Translations under genes and position numbers: made by a program
Assembly (NCBI GenBank): GCA_964187785.1
Contig: OZ076413.1
Coordinates: 41,542,001 to 41,606,000 of the forward strand
Source: Amphiscolops sp. MND2022
Taxonomy: Eukaryota
DNA length: 64,000 nt
Direction of reading: 5' to 3'
In this document: positions 13,301 to 25,300 of the stretch, piece after piece
How the letters are laid out: every line of letters starts with the position of its first letter
How positions within the stretch are numbered: position 1 is the stretch's first letter
The notes under the pieces: generated by a model
Seen by the model: only the letters and a program-made list of their open reading frames with translations
What the model was told of the DNA's origin: nothing
Databases searched by the model: none

Positions 13301-16300
13301 GTGCAATAAATCAATATGTGAGATAAGCACCAAAGAAAAGCGAAGCCCCGAGACTAGGCAACTAGAAGGGGAGTTTCCAAGTTTATTCGAAAGGAAAGGT
13401 CGCGTGAAAAATTACGAAATTAAAAGTAAATTGAAATAAGGTGCGAAAATCACACAACAGAACGGGCGTAGAATACCTATCCAATTACAAAATCAAGTAG
13501 ATAACGAAACTGAAATTTTACTAAAGGAGGGGCACATCGAGAAAGTTGATTCAAGACGATGTGTTTATTCAACCAACGGTAATAACTGTCAAAAAGAATA
13601 AGTCTGTGAAAATTGCTTTAGATGCGAGAGCATTAAATCAGTCAATTGCCAAAGACAAATACCAGCTGCCAAACCTGGACAATTTAATTGATATGATAGC
13701 TGAGAAATTAGACAAGAAAGAAGGCGAGGCCTGGTATTACGGATTACGGACAAATACCCCTACATGAGTTAACAAAGAAACATTGCAATTTTCAAATAGT
13801 CGGGGGAAAATCAACAGGAACTTATTGCTTTACAACGGGATATTATGCCCTCACTGTAATGCCCACCGACTTTCAAAAATTTATGGACCTCACATAAATA
13901 GTGTATTTGTGTATATAGACGACATTTTAATTGTAACAAAAGGTACAAGCATGAACATTTGGAGAGAGTGAGAGAAGTAATGAAAATTCTCGATGAGGTG
14001 AATTTAGAGCTAAAGGCCGAGAAATGCGTAATTGCACAGGAATGCATAGAATGGCTGGAGTATAAATTAACGCGAACTGGCATTTCCCCAGTTAATGCAA
14101 AGTCCCAGGGAATAAGCGAAAGATTGCGACCGACAAACTTGAAACAACTAAGCTCATTTTTGGGCGCAGTTAACCAATTCAACAAATTTATTTCAAATCT
14201 AGCAACAATAAGCCACCCGTTTAAAACAATTTTTAAAAAGGACGCGGAGTGGATTTGGGAACAAGATCACGAAAACGCATTTGTACAAAAAATCATGATG
14301 AAATTAAAAAGACTGTAGAACTTTCACATTTTAAACGAAACCAAGAAATTAGAATAATTTGCGATGCCAGTAAAAGCGGATTGGGCGCGGTTTTACAACA
14401 AAGTCAAAGTACCGGCGAATGGAAGCCAATTTGTTTTGCGTCGAGGTTTTTACCAGATTTTGAAGCGAACTAATCTATCAACGAATTAGAACGTTTAGCA
14501 ATCGTGTGGGCGGTAAAACATTTTTAAAATTTTGTATATGGTGTACAGTTCAAAATACTTTCAGATCATAAAGCGTTAATGACGGTACTGAATTAGAACG
14601 TTTAGCAATCGTGTGGGCGGTAAAACATTTTAAAAATTATGTATATGGTGTACAGTTCAAAATACTTTCAGATCATAAAGCGTTAATGCAAAGTCCCAGG
14701 GAATAAGCGAAAGATTGCGACCGACAAACTTGTAACAACTAAGCTCATTTTTGGGCGCAGTTAACCAGTTCAACAAATTTATTCCAAATCTAGCAACAAT
14801 AAGCCACCCGTTTAAAACAATTTTTAAAATGGACGCGGAGTGGATTTGGGACCAAGATCACGAAAACGCATTTGTACAAAAAAAATGATGAAATTAAAAA
14901 GACTGTAGAACTTTCACATTTTAAACGAAACCAAGAAATTAGAATAATTTGCGATGCCTGTAAAAGCGGATTGGGCGCGGTTTTACAACAAAGTCAAAGT
15001 ACCGGCGAATGGAAGCCAATTTGTTTTGCGTCGAGGTTTTTAACAGATTTTGAAGCGAACTAATCTATCAACGAATTAGAACGTTTAGCAATCGTGTGGG
15101 CGGTAAAACATTTTCAAAATTTTGTATATGGTGTACAGTCCAAAATACTTTCAGATCATAAAGCGTTAATGACGGTACTGAATTAGAACGTTTAGCAATC
15201 GTGTGGGCGGTAAAACATTTTAAAAATTATGTATATGGTGTACAGTTCAAAATACTTTCAGATCATAAAGCGTTAATGCAAAGTCCCAGGGAATAAGCGA
15301 AAGATTGCGACCTACAAACTTGAAACAACTAAGCTCATTTTTGGGCGCAGTTAACCAGTTCAACAAATTTATTCCAAATCTAGCAACAATAAGCCACCCG
15401 TTTAAAACCATTTTTAAAATGGACGCGGAGTGGATTTGGGATCAAGATCACGAAAACGCATTTGTACAAAAAAGAATGATGAAATTAAAAAGACTGTAGA
15501 ACTTTCACATTTTAAACGAAACCAAGAAATTAGAATAATTTGCGATGCCAGTAAAAGCGGATTCGACGCGGTTTTACAACAAAGTCAAAGTACCGGCGAA
15601 TGGAAGCCAATTTGTTTTGCGTCGAGGTTTTTAACAGATTTTGAAGCGAACTAATCTATCAACGAATTAGAACGTTTAGCAATCGTGTGGGCGGTAAAAC
15701 ATTTTAAAAATTATGTATATGGTGAACAGTTCAAAATACTTTCAGATCATAAAGCGTTAATGACGGTACTGAGGCCGAATAGAGGAAACAAAACATTCTC
15801 TAGTAGATTGACAAGATGTGTAGATAGACTGCTACCATTTGAATTCGAAGTAGTTCATGTTCCAGGGAGAACACTTGGAATGGCAGACTACCTGTCAAGA
15901 CAATTCACCGAACTCCAGGGGGCGTCAGTGAAGGCGGAAACACTCTGGAAGGAATGATTTACTGTAAATAGTGTATATAGTTTGAATAGTGTTTTAGACA
16001 GCAACTGTGTGACGAGCGAACAAGGCGAAAGTGTGAAATGCGCAAAAGAGAATTATTCAGTCAACCGCATTAACGTACCAAGTGAGAAAGAGCCAATCAG
16101 AAGGCGGGACGCGCGCAATTCGCGGGAAACATGTAAGAAACATTGTAGCCAAATCGCACGTAAAAGGAAGATGAGTCAAAGCCCTTTAATTAAGCTACTT
16201 AATGAGAAAGTGTTGCCGGCCAATTATGCCGCAGATAAGCTAATTCAGCGAGTAATTGCATTAGTAAAAAACCATAATAAAACCGGGATTAGCCGCTTAC

Positions 16301-19300
16301 CTTCACCTTGGAGGGAAAAATTCCAATCAGTTTCAATCGACAGTAGAGAATTCCTCTACATGGATAACCGGCTAATAATTCCCCAATCGCTTCGTCAAAT
16401 AATAATGTGCTCGTTACATTATGGCCATCCGGGACGCGATTCAATGTTATCCATGATTGCCGATATTTTGTGGCCGCGTATCCACCGGGAAGTGGTCGAT
16501 CAAGCCCGATTATGCAACCAATGCCTCCAATCAGGTAAGATTCTGAAATGTATACTTACACAAAAACAAGTAGGGAAACTATCTGAAGCAAGCGAACAAA
16601 ACAAAGAGGTAGCGTTAGATTTTGCCGGACCTTTTCAGAACGCGAAAAAAAAGAAGTACTTCTTAGTTCCCATAGACCATTACTCTGGCTGGCCAGAGGC
16701 AAAACTTTTACACCGCCTGACAACGAAAAAAGTGTTAGAATTTTTAAAACAGTATATTGCACAATACGGGGTACCACGAAAAATAAGAACGGATCGGGTA
16801 CAGTACTCGTAAGCAAGGCCTTCGTTCAGTTTTGTAACAAATTCGGAATACAACATGTAAAATGCCCGGTACGAGATCACCGGGAAAACGGAAAGATAGA
16901 AAGGCTAATAAGAACAATAAATGAAAATTTACGGGCAAACAAGCAAATCACTTGAGCAAAGATAAATCAGGATTATTGGAAATTTTATACTGATTAAGGG
17001 TAAGCAAGAAAAAAGAGGGTAAGTCGCCATTCGAGAGGCATATGGGAAGAGAGCTAAATACTGTAAAGTCAAATGTAGTAAAAGGCTTAATGGACTTTTC
17101 AAAACAAACTCACAGCTGGAGCTCAACGCCTCAGATTTCCAAGTTGAATTGGATTCTACCGTCTTGGTAAGAGAGAGAGCCCGCTTCTCAAAACTGGAGC
17201 CATCCTTTAGCAAGAAGACAGGAAGGGTGATTCGAGAAACAGCCCACACCATCACGATCTTGCCCGAATCTTCAAACGCCCCATCGACGATTTCCAAGAG
17301 AGACGTGGCCGTGGCCACAAAGGGGCAAAAAGATAAAATGCCGAAGAGTGGAAGGCGAAGGGAACGCTATTTGAGACAACCTCCAGCTCCAGCGAAAGTG
17401 AAGCGCCACCCAAGAAAAAGACACTGAGGAAGAAAAGTCCACAGGCCCCCGAAATGGCGATTGATTTTGAAGAAGAGGCGCGCCCTCCGATTGTAGAAAT
17501 TAGTTCAACCAGTACAGCGGCAGGGGAAGAGAGAGAATCGGGGGTTAAGCAAGAACTGGAGACGACAAGCAGCAGCGGAAATGTGCAAAACCCCCAAAGT
17601 GTACAAACCCCCCAGAATGCTCAAATCCCGGTGAGAGCGACAACAAGCTGGGAAGTAAACGGGAAGGGTCAACACGAACCGTGGAAAGAAAGCGAGTCCC
17701 TAAGAAAAAATTTGGGATAGACGTCATCACGAAGGCGGAGAACATGTCAAATGAAACTGACACTGAATAAAAACAGCTGCAAGAAACTTTGAAACATTTT
17801 AAGTTGTTTACATTTTACATTACACTAGAACAGTACTAGTGCCTGAAAAGTCATTACTTTGTGTTACCATTATTATTAATCGGTACTTGTAAAAGAATAA
17901 AAAAGGGGAATGTAGTAGTGATTGACATTTGAACATTGAAATGAACACTATTTGTAAATAAGTACCAGTAAACAGCTTAAACCTCGAACTTCATAGAGTT
18001 CCACTTTGCGAAAGCCTACGTTTAAAAGAAGGTACATTCAAGCATTTCAATTCAGAACAATAGTAACATCAATTCACATTCTTCCTCTAAATACGTTTTC
18101 AATCAGCTTGAGTTCATCGTCAACAAGCTGACTTTTTCCCCTGATAATTATTTCATGAGAAATGAAAAAGATTAACCCATGTCCAAGTATCGGTTGAGGG
18201 GTGATAAACGAGGACACTATTGCGATTGGATGCACCTTGACACCATCCCCCTACTATGTATATTCTCTCACCCATCAGCACCGAACCAGGACCCCGACGA
18301 GGGAGAGGCATGGGAGATATTGTTGTCCACGTGCTCGTTTCGGCATCAAATCTGTACAAAATTTCACCAAATGTAGTTAACGTATTTGCCCTTTCCTCTA
18401 CCCTCAAGAAATTCGACCCCGCTCCCACACAGGAAAACCAACAATATATGAAAGGTTTTGTATTTTTGATACGTTTTCCTGTTTGCCGAGAAAAGTATGA
18501 CTATTAGTTGAAATTAACCCAATATTGACAACTATAAGACAACTCACTGCATATCGAATCATTATGAATATTGTGAAAGTGAAAATGTATTGGGTTTTCT
18601 TGTGCGTATGTGTTGAGGGGTTGGATTTTTGAGGCTCGACAAGAGTTTTTCAAGGAACCATCAACTACATAACCAGGTGAGCCCTTGTGAAATGTTTCGT
18701 ACTACCAACTTTTCACATGAACTTAAAGCCATGCTGTTTTCGTTGCAGCCTCCGAACACGAATAATTGTCCGTTGAACGATTCGACGGTGGGTTCGCTTC
18801 TAGCTACTTGCATACATGGTATTTCATTCCACGTTTCTGTCTCGACATCAAACGCTTCGGTTGTTCTCAGTGATGTTTCTCCATCTTGGCCACCAACAAC
18901 GTACACTCTGAAAAATTCAAATCACTCTTTATTTCTCTATTATTTCTCTAGCTTTTTTCTCAACTTTTTAGGCATAGTCTTCAGTGATGAAGGGCATGAA
19001 TCATTCATACTGCAACCATGGTGGAATTATGGGATCTTTTTCCTTTCCCTCCTACACGCAAAACAATCTGCGAAAAACTGTAAATATAGCGAAATGTATA
19101 CATTGATTACATGCGTTCATGTGAAGTTTTCACAATAGAATGAAAAAGAGTGTTTCAATTGCTAAAAACTATATTTGGTAAAATTTATTCGGTGAAAATC
19201 TAGTTATTGTAAATGTGGGGTGAGGGTAAGGAAAATAGCCCAAATTATGGTAATTTTTGCATTGAACTTAATATCTTAATCAATGCATCAAACATTTTCT

Positions 19301-22300
19301 GCAGAAATGCTGAATGACAAACAAATCGATTCACTTGTTTCCTATATGAGCAGCGCCGCAAGCCCATCGTGCAACGTTCATGCTGGTCGCTTCCTCCCAG
19401 TTGCCATCTGAGGGGGTTCCGTCTGGGTCTACAAAGAGTCTCTCCACTGACTTCAAGCTCGAGCCTTCGCTGTCGAACCCACCGAAGATGAAGAAAGAGT
19501 TCACGCGGCGGACGAAGCACGAGGCCATTCCGAAGCTGAAATTGGCGATGTTGTATAATTTTGGACAACAAATAACGAGACAGCTCCCTTCTTAAGACTC
19601 AAAAAGCGCGAGATCTTTCAAGCATGCTCAAAGACTTTTTAACTTCAAGGAATATGTAAAAATCTCACATTGCCAAAAAGTTTCAGGAGATATTTTTGGA
19701 CTATGAGAAAGTTTTTTCTTGAGCAAAAACATCGAAAAAACCGAAACGACTACGATTCGGTGAAATTTTGTCAAAATCTCAAACAGTTCCACAGTTCCAA
19801 AAACCTGAAGAGCATACGAATTTGCTAGCAAAGAGCTCTTATACGATTTTGTATGTAAGTCAAGTAAAAATGATAAATAATCAGAAAGATTCCTTTCGAT
19901 CATTTGGGTGGTCTTTGTGGACCCTTCAGAGGAATTCTGTAGTCTGGAGAGAAGCTATCGTATTAGTTGGGCACACTTTATTAGAACATTTCATCACCGA
20001 CTAAAAGTAGCTGGAGTAAAGCTGTAAGGCGTGAAACTTGTTTGGTTTTCACCCGGGAGCTCTGTTAAGTGGAACTAACCCACTGGAAGTATAATGTCAA
20101 TACTTGGCGAGTGCAAAAATGAAGGATAGAAAAAATTCACCGGAGAATGGTAGTTTCTACCATTTTTCCTACCAAATTGTTGGTTTAGAACTGTGAATCA
20201 ATAGAGACTTCATCAATGTCACAAAAGAATCTATTGGCTCTTTTTATTTTGTTCTTCACTGCAGTGAAGAACAAAATAAAAAGAGCCAATAGATTCTTTT
20301 GTGACATTGATGAAGTCTCTATTGATTCACAGTTCTAAACCAACAATCTGGTAGGAAAAATGGTAGAAACTACCATTCTCCGGTGAATTTTTTTATCCTT
20401 CATTTTTGCACTCACCAAGTATTGACATTATACTTCCAGTGGGTAAGTTCCTCTTAACAGAGCTTCCAGGTGAAAAGATGTCAAATGTCAAGATAACATT
20501 TGAACAACATGGCAATGACACTAAGCTACAGATGAATGGTTTGCTCAAGGCGCAGCGCACCACTTCTAAGTAGATAAAGTCTCAAACCTGCTACGGACAG
20601 TACCCAATCCATATACGGATCTCTTATTGAAGGCTATGTATCACGATTTAACCATCGCATCAACAGTGCAGCGATTCATTTGATTCAGAGGGTCAAATAA
20701 TTAAACTTTTTTCGAAAGAAATGAAAAACGATCAAATGAACTCCTCATTCCTCTTTTCTATAAGGAATGCTAACCGCGGAGTGTTGATCTCTGGACCTAG
20801 ACTCCATCCGCCGCTATCGATGTCAAAGATGTCCAGAGATGCGCTGAAACCCCCGTCCCTTCTGCCGCCCGCGATTAATATCTTGTGGGATACAACACAC
20901 GCCGCAAAGAAACAGCCTACGTCCTCCCCTTCCCACTCTTCCCAGCTGGCACCCACGCCAGGGTCTTCCCTCTCTGATACAGGGTCGCGAATGTCTTAAG
21001 TCAGAGCAATGAAAAAATTATGTTTGGTTTCTAACCTCAGTTCATTTCTGAAAAACAAAAGATTTAACTCTCAACAGCGTTTTTCAAATTGAATCTACAA
21101 TTCTCTAATTTCTTTCTCACGTGGTAATGTTCTTTCCACAGATTTTAACGACAAAATGACTTCCTTGGCATGCATGTAATGTTAAACCTCTTGGCTTTTT
21201 GAAAGGAAAAGCATAAAAATGAAATGAGCTAAAAAATAGTTTACTTGAACTTTTCAACTTTTTGTTTACTTTTTGGTTCACTTTTTCAAGTTTTGTACGC
21301 TTTTTGAATGCATGCTGCTAAAATTATTAAGAACCGGTTTTATACCGATTCCTAGCAAACACAATGTCTTGTACTCAATACTGCGTCCTTTTGTGATTTT
21401 TCCAGCAATTACAATTGATTTTAAAAGGTGGTTGAAAGTCAAAAGATACTTTTGGAAACAATCCCTCTATTATGTAGGAGCCGAATTATGTAGGATCGAC
21501 AAATGTGCAAAACTATCTAGGATCGAATTGTGACTTAATTTTATCTAGGATCGAAAGAAGTGAAGATTTCATTCACATTATACCATTGTTATGCCCGAAT
21601 GCATGAAAAAAAAACGAACGACTCTCACAGTCATCACAAACTCAAAAACTAAATCATTTGTTTAATCAATATTCATGAGACCATTAGAAGAAGAAAAACG
21701 ACTGGCATAACCGGTAGCCAAGTATTTAAACATTTGCATGCAAAGCAATACAATTCATACTTTTCCAGTCCTGAAAAATCGAATTCTACAATTTAGTAGT
21801 TTTAATAATCAATACTCTAAAAGCATCGAAATTCACGACAACGACCATTGTCGTTGGTCGTCAATTGCATTTAAAGCGTCGTTTAGTAGATATTTAGAAA
21901 ATATTATTCACCAATGTGAAATAACGGTAACCATGGTTAGAAGTTGCAATCATTTAGAGTTGTTAACACGATGCAGTGTGAACCAACTACTAATTGCTCA
22001 AACAAGTGTGTAGCAGGTGCGAATGAACATTTACGTGCAGGTATATGATGAGTAACGACGACTACAACATGCAGTCGTAATTGCTTTATAATTAACACCA
22101 TGTGCAATAACCAATCATAACGCATATACTAACGACGCATAATCAGAAGTGAGTACCGGCAAAAGGTACACGTGAAATTCGGTAAGTTTTTGGTTAGCAA
22201 CACGTACAGACGCTCTCAAAAACTCATCTTGATTTCTAAGCAAAATCCCAATTTTCACTCAACAATTCCTTTCAAAATTATCTTTCTCTTCAAAATTCAA

Positions 22301-25300
22301 GCTTTAAAACTCAAAGAACTTTCTATATGATAATCACCAGAGCTCAGAGTGCAAGCAACAACCAAGCTAATCATACTTTTATGGATGAATACAGCGCCAA
22401 CGACAGTGACATCAGTTTGCCTGGATTTAGTTTGCAAAACATAAATGCAAGAAACAATAACCAACAAATGATTGACTGTGAGAGAGATCATGAAAGACTT
22501 CGAATTGAGCAAGGATTCAATGACATGAATCGACAAATAGGAGAACTAACTTCCTTAGTCCGAGCTCTTACCGAGAAAATAGCCTCTAGCAATAGGAAAG
22601 AGAATGACACTAATACTCAGCGGTTTAGAACCCCAAGTCATTCTGACAACCATTGCTGTAGTGCCCTGTAAACTTTGATCCGAAAACATTAGACCATGAA
22701 ACTTTCAGTTGCAATTTTCGATTTTAAATAATTCGACTCTTGAGAGGCAACTTATCCCGTTTACCAGGTGTTAATAAAGGTTAAGTAGAGAAGTTCATTA
22801 TCACACAAGCTATAGAATCCCACTTTGTCTGTCAAATAGAGTGTATCGTCCATAAGAAACAACGTAATCAATGAAGTTGGTATGAAGCAATCTACTTATC
22901 CTATTATCCAGGTTGCCAATTTTCAGAAGAAATGATCAAATATGCTTTGCTAATACAACAATGAATTCAAAATGATTTTTGTGAAAAATGAATATTGAGC
23001 TTCATTTTTCCCTTCCTTAGGGTTCAAACTATGGTGTTTTCACTTTTTGTCACTCTCTTAGAAAAACAGAAAAAAACATAGGCGCGACGGCATGTCGCGC
23101 TTGGGCACGAGCAGAAACGTTCAATGGTCTGCAGAAGGTGTTACAAATTCTTTGTGTTCCAGGGCCCACAACCTTTTGAACTTATCCAATCTCAGATGAG
23201 GATATTTTGATGAAAGAGCTAAAAAGATGAAGGAAATTTTTGTTGAGAGAAATGAAAAAATGTATTTTTGGCAGAAACCCGAAGGCGTCATACTTGATGA
23301 CGAAAACTTGGTTGGTACAAAAAAAGCCTAAATCCTTGCTGTTTGTCTTGGTTTCTGTATCTTTCGTCAGTTTTGAGAAATATGAGCTACAAATGAGAAA
23401 AAAATTTCGAAGTTTTTTAAATCCCTTTTTTTGCCCAAAAAGCGAAGTCGAAAAAAAATTTGACGTCATTTTTAAGCGAAAATATAACCTATTAAACGCT
23501 TGTATATTATACAAAACCATATACCCTGTATCTGGTCTCGGTTCTGAGAAATAGGAAATGAAAGATGAAAAACTCTAAAAATTTGCGTTTTTTCAAAACT
23601 TCTTTTCGAAAAAAACCATGAAGACGAATTTTTTTGAAATTTTTTTTAAACCGAAAATGTAGCCAAGGATTCTGCCCAATTTTAGCTTGAGCAAAGGTTT
23701 TTCGTATCTCTTTTCAGTTCTGAGAAAAATCAGTTACAAATTAGGAAAAAATGGGAAAGTTTTCAAATTTCTCCATCATCCCTTTATTTGCCCAGAAAAA
23801 CCAGAGCGGTAAAATTTCGACCATTTTTAGCCTTAAACGTAGCCTACTGAACCCTCGTACAAATTACGAATCCGTGGACTGCGTATTTCTTCTCGGTCCT
23901 GAGATATAGGAGCTCAAGTATAAAAAAACTAAGAAAATTTTTCAAAAAAAATAAGTACTTTTAGCAGAAAAACGAACGCGTCATACGTTATGACGGAAAC
24001 TTTGTTGGTACAAAAACTAGCTTACATCCTTGCTGTTTGTCTTGAGGGAGAATTTTTTCTGTATCTTTCGTCAGTTTTGAGAACTATGAGGTACAAATGA
24101 GAAAAAATTTTCGACATTTTTTTCATCCCTTTTTTCCCAAAAAACCAAGTCTCAAAAAAACTTTTGACGTCATTTTTTGGCAAAAGTGTAGCCTATGAAA
24201 CGCTTGTATAATATACGAAACCATGAACTCTGTATCTGGTATTGGTTCTGAGAAATAGGGGATCAAACAGAAAAAACAGTCAAAAGTAGAATTCTTTTGA
24301 AAAAAACCCATGAAGCCGATTTTTTTTTCGAAATTGTTTTTGGCGAAAATGTAGCCTAGGACCCTGCGCAATTTTTAGCGAAAACATGGTGTCCGTATCT
24401 GTTCTGGGTTTTGAGAAATTTGCCTCACAAGTTTGAAAAATTGGCACATGTCACGAAATCTGCGAAAAAAAGTCACCATATGGGCATCTCGCAAAGCTCG
24501 TGCCCCAATTACCAGAATCATTCCATCACAAAGTTTCGAATCGGCAACATCTGGATACCTGAAAGTATTTTGCTTGCTCTAGGTGTCAAAATTACTTCAA
24601 ATGTGGAATGTTCATTTCCACGATTTACTTGGAAACCCCACCCTGCTTCAGTATTTGGTACTCCCCGTCTTCGCCAAGTGCAAGAATTGTACCCGCATTT
24701 TGCGAAGTTCCTGTCATAAAATTCCCCCGCTGGTCTTCTGTGAACACTTCTTGACCTCTTAACAGATCTCTTACGAGACTCGTTTCGGTCATTCGATCCT
24801 CCGAGCAGCTTGACTGACCGCTTTGAGTTTCATACTCTGACTCAGCAGTTTCTAACCGCATTCCGTGCCATTTACCTGTCAATAAAGTCTTGACGGTTGC
24901 AGCTAGTTGCAATGATAGCTCTAATATACAGTATTTTTGGTGCTAAATCATGAAGACTATTCAGAGTTTCCAAAGAATTTCAAAGCAGCGATTGTTTTTA
25001 GGTTATTATTTGAAGAGGTTAGCATAGTTGTTGTATGGCTCGGTCTCTTCGCTCCCTTCACCAAGTAACAACATTGAGGCATGGCCATGTTGCCTCCGCT
25101 TCGCTTCGCTCCTGCATTTAGGGTATGTGAACATAACTGACTATTGTAATGACTACAACCTGCAATGTCTCTTAAATCACATGCAGACTGTGAGTCCTTC
25201 TTTGCAAATTTTGATTTAAACCCGGATGAACATTCCCTATTTTCCTGGCTATTCGGGGAAACACTAGCCTCAGTGTCCCTATTTCCTGTGGAAGACATAG

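Larger units (their letters stand above)
11694..18125 (+). mobile_element. Full-length decayed Ty3/Gypsy LTR retrotransposon (Mag/K02A2.6-like)
   Basis: LTRs 11694-11911 and 17911-18125 (TG...CA, ~11 substitutions plus a 3-bp indel); TSD AGCTG; PBS TGGCGCTGCGAGC; PPT AAAAAGGGGAA; gag, PR (IIDTG), RT (YIDD), RH (CDAS) and IN (H-H-C-C, DFAGP) fragments broken by many stops and frameshifts. Confidence 0.95.

Noticed and set aside
18153..18176. Kelch gene ending at VNLFHFS*
   Set aside because: More likely intron read-through: the donor TGG|GTTAAT joins in frame to a Kelch-like terminal exon at 10372-10319 (not proven)
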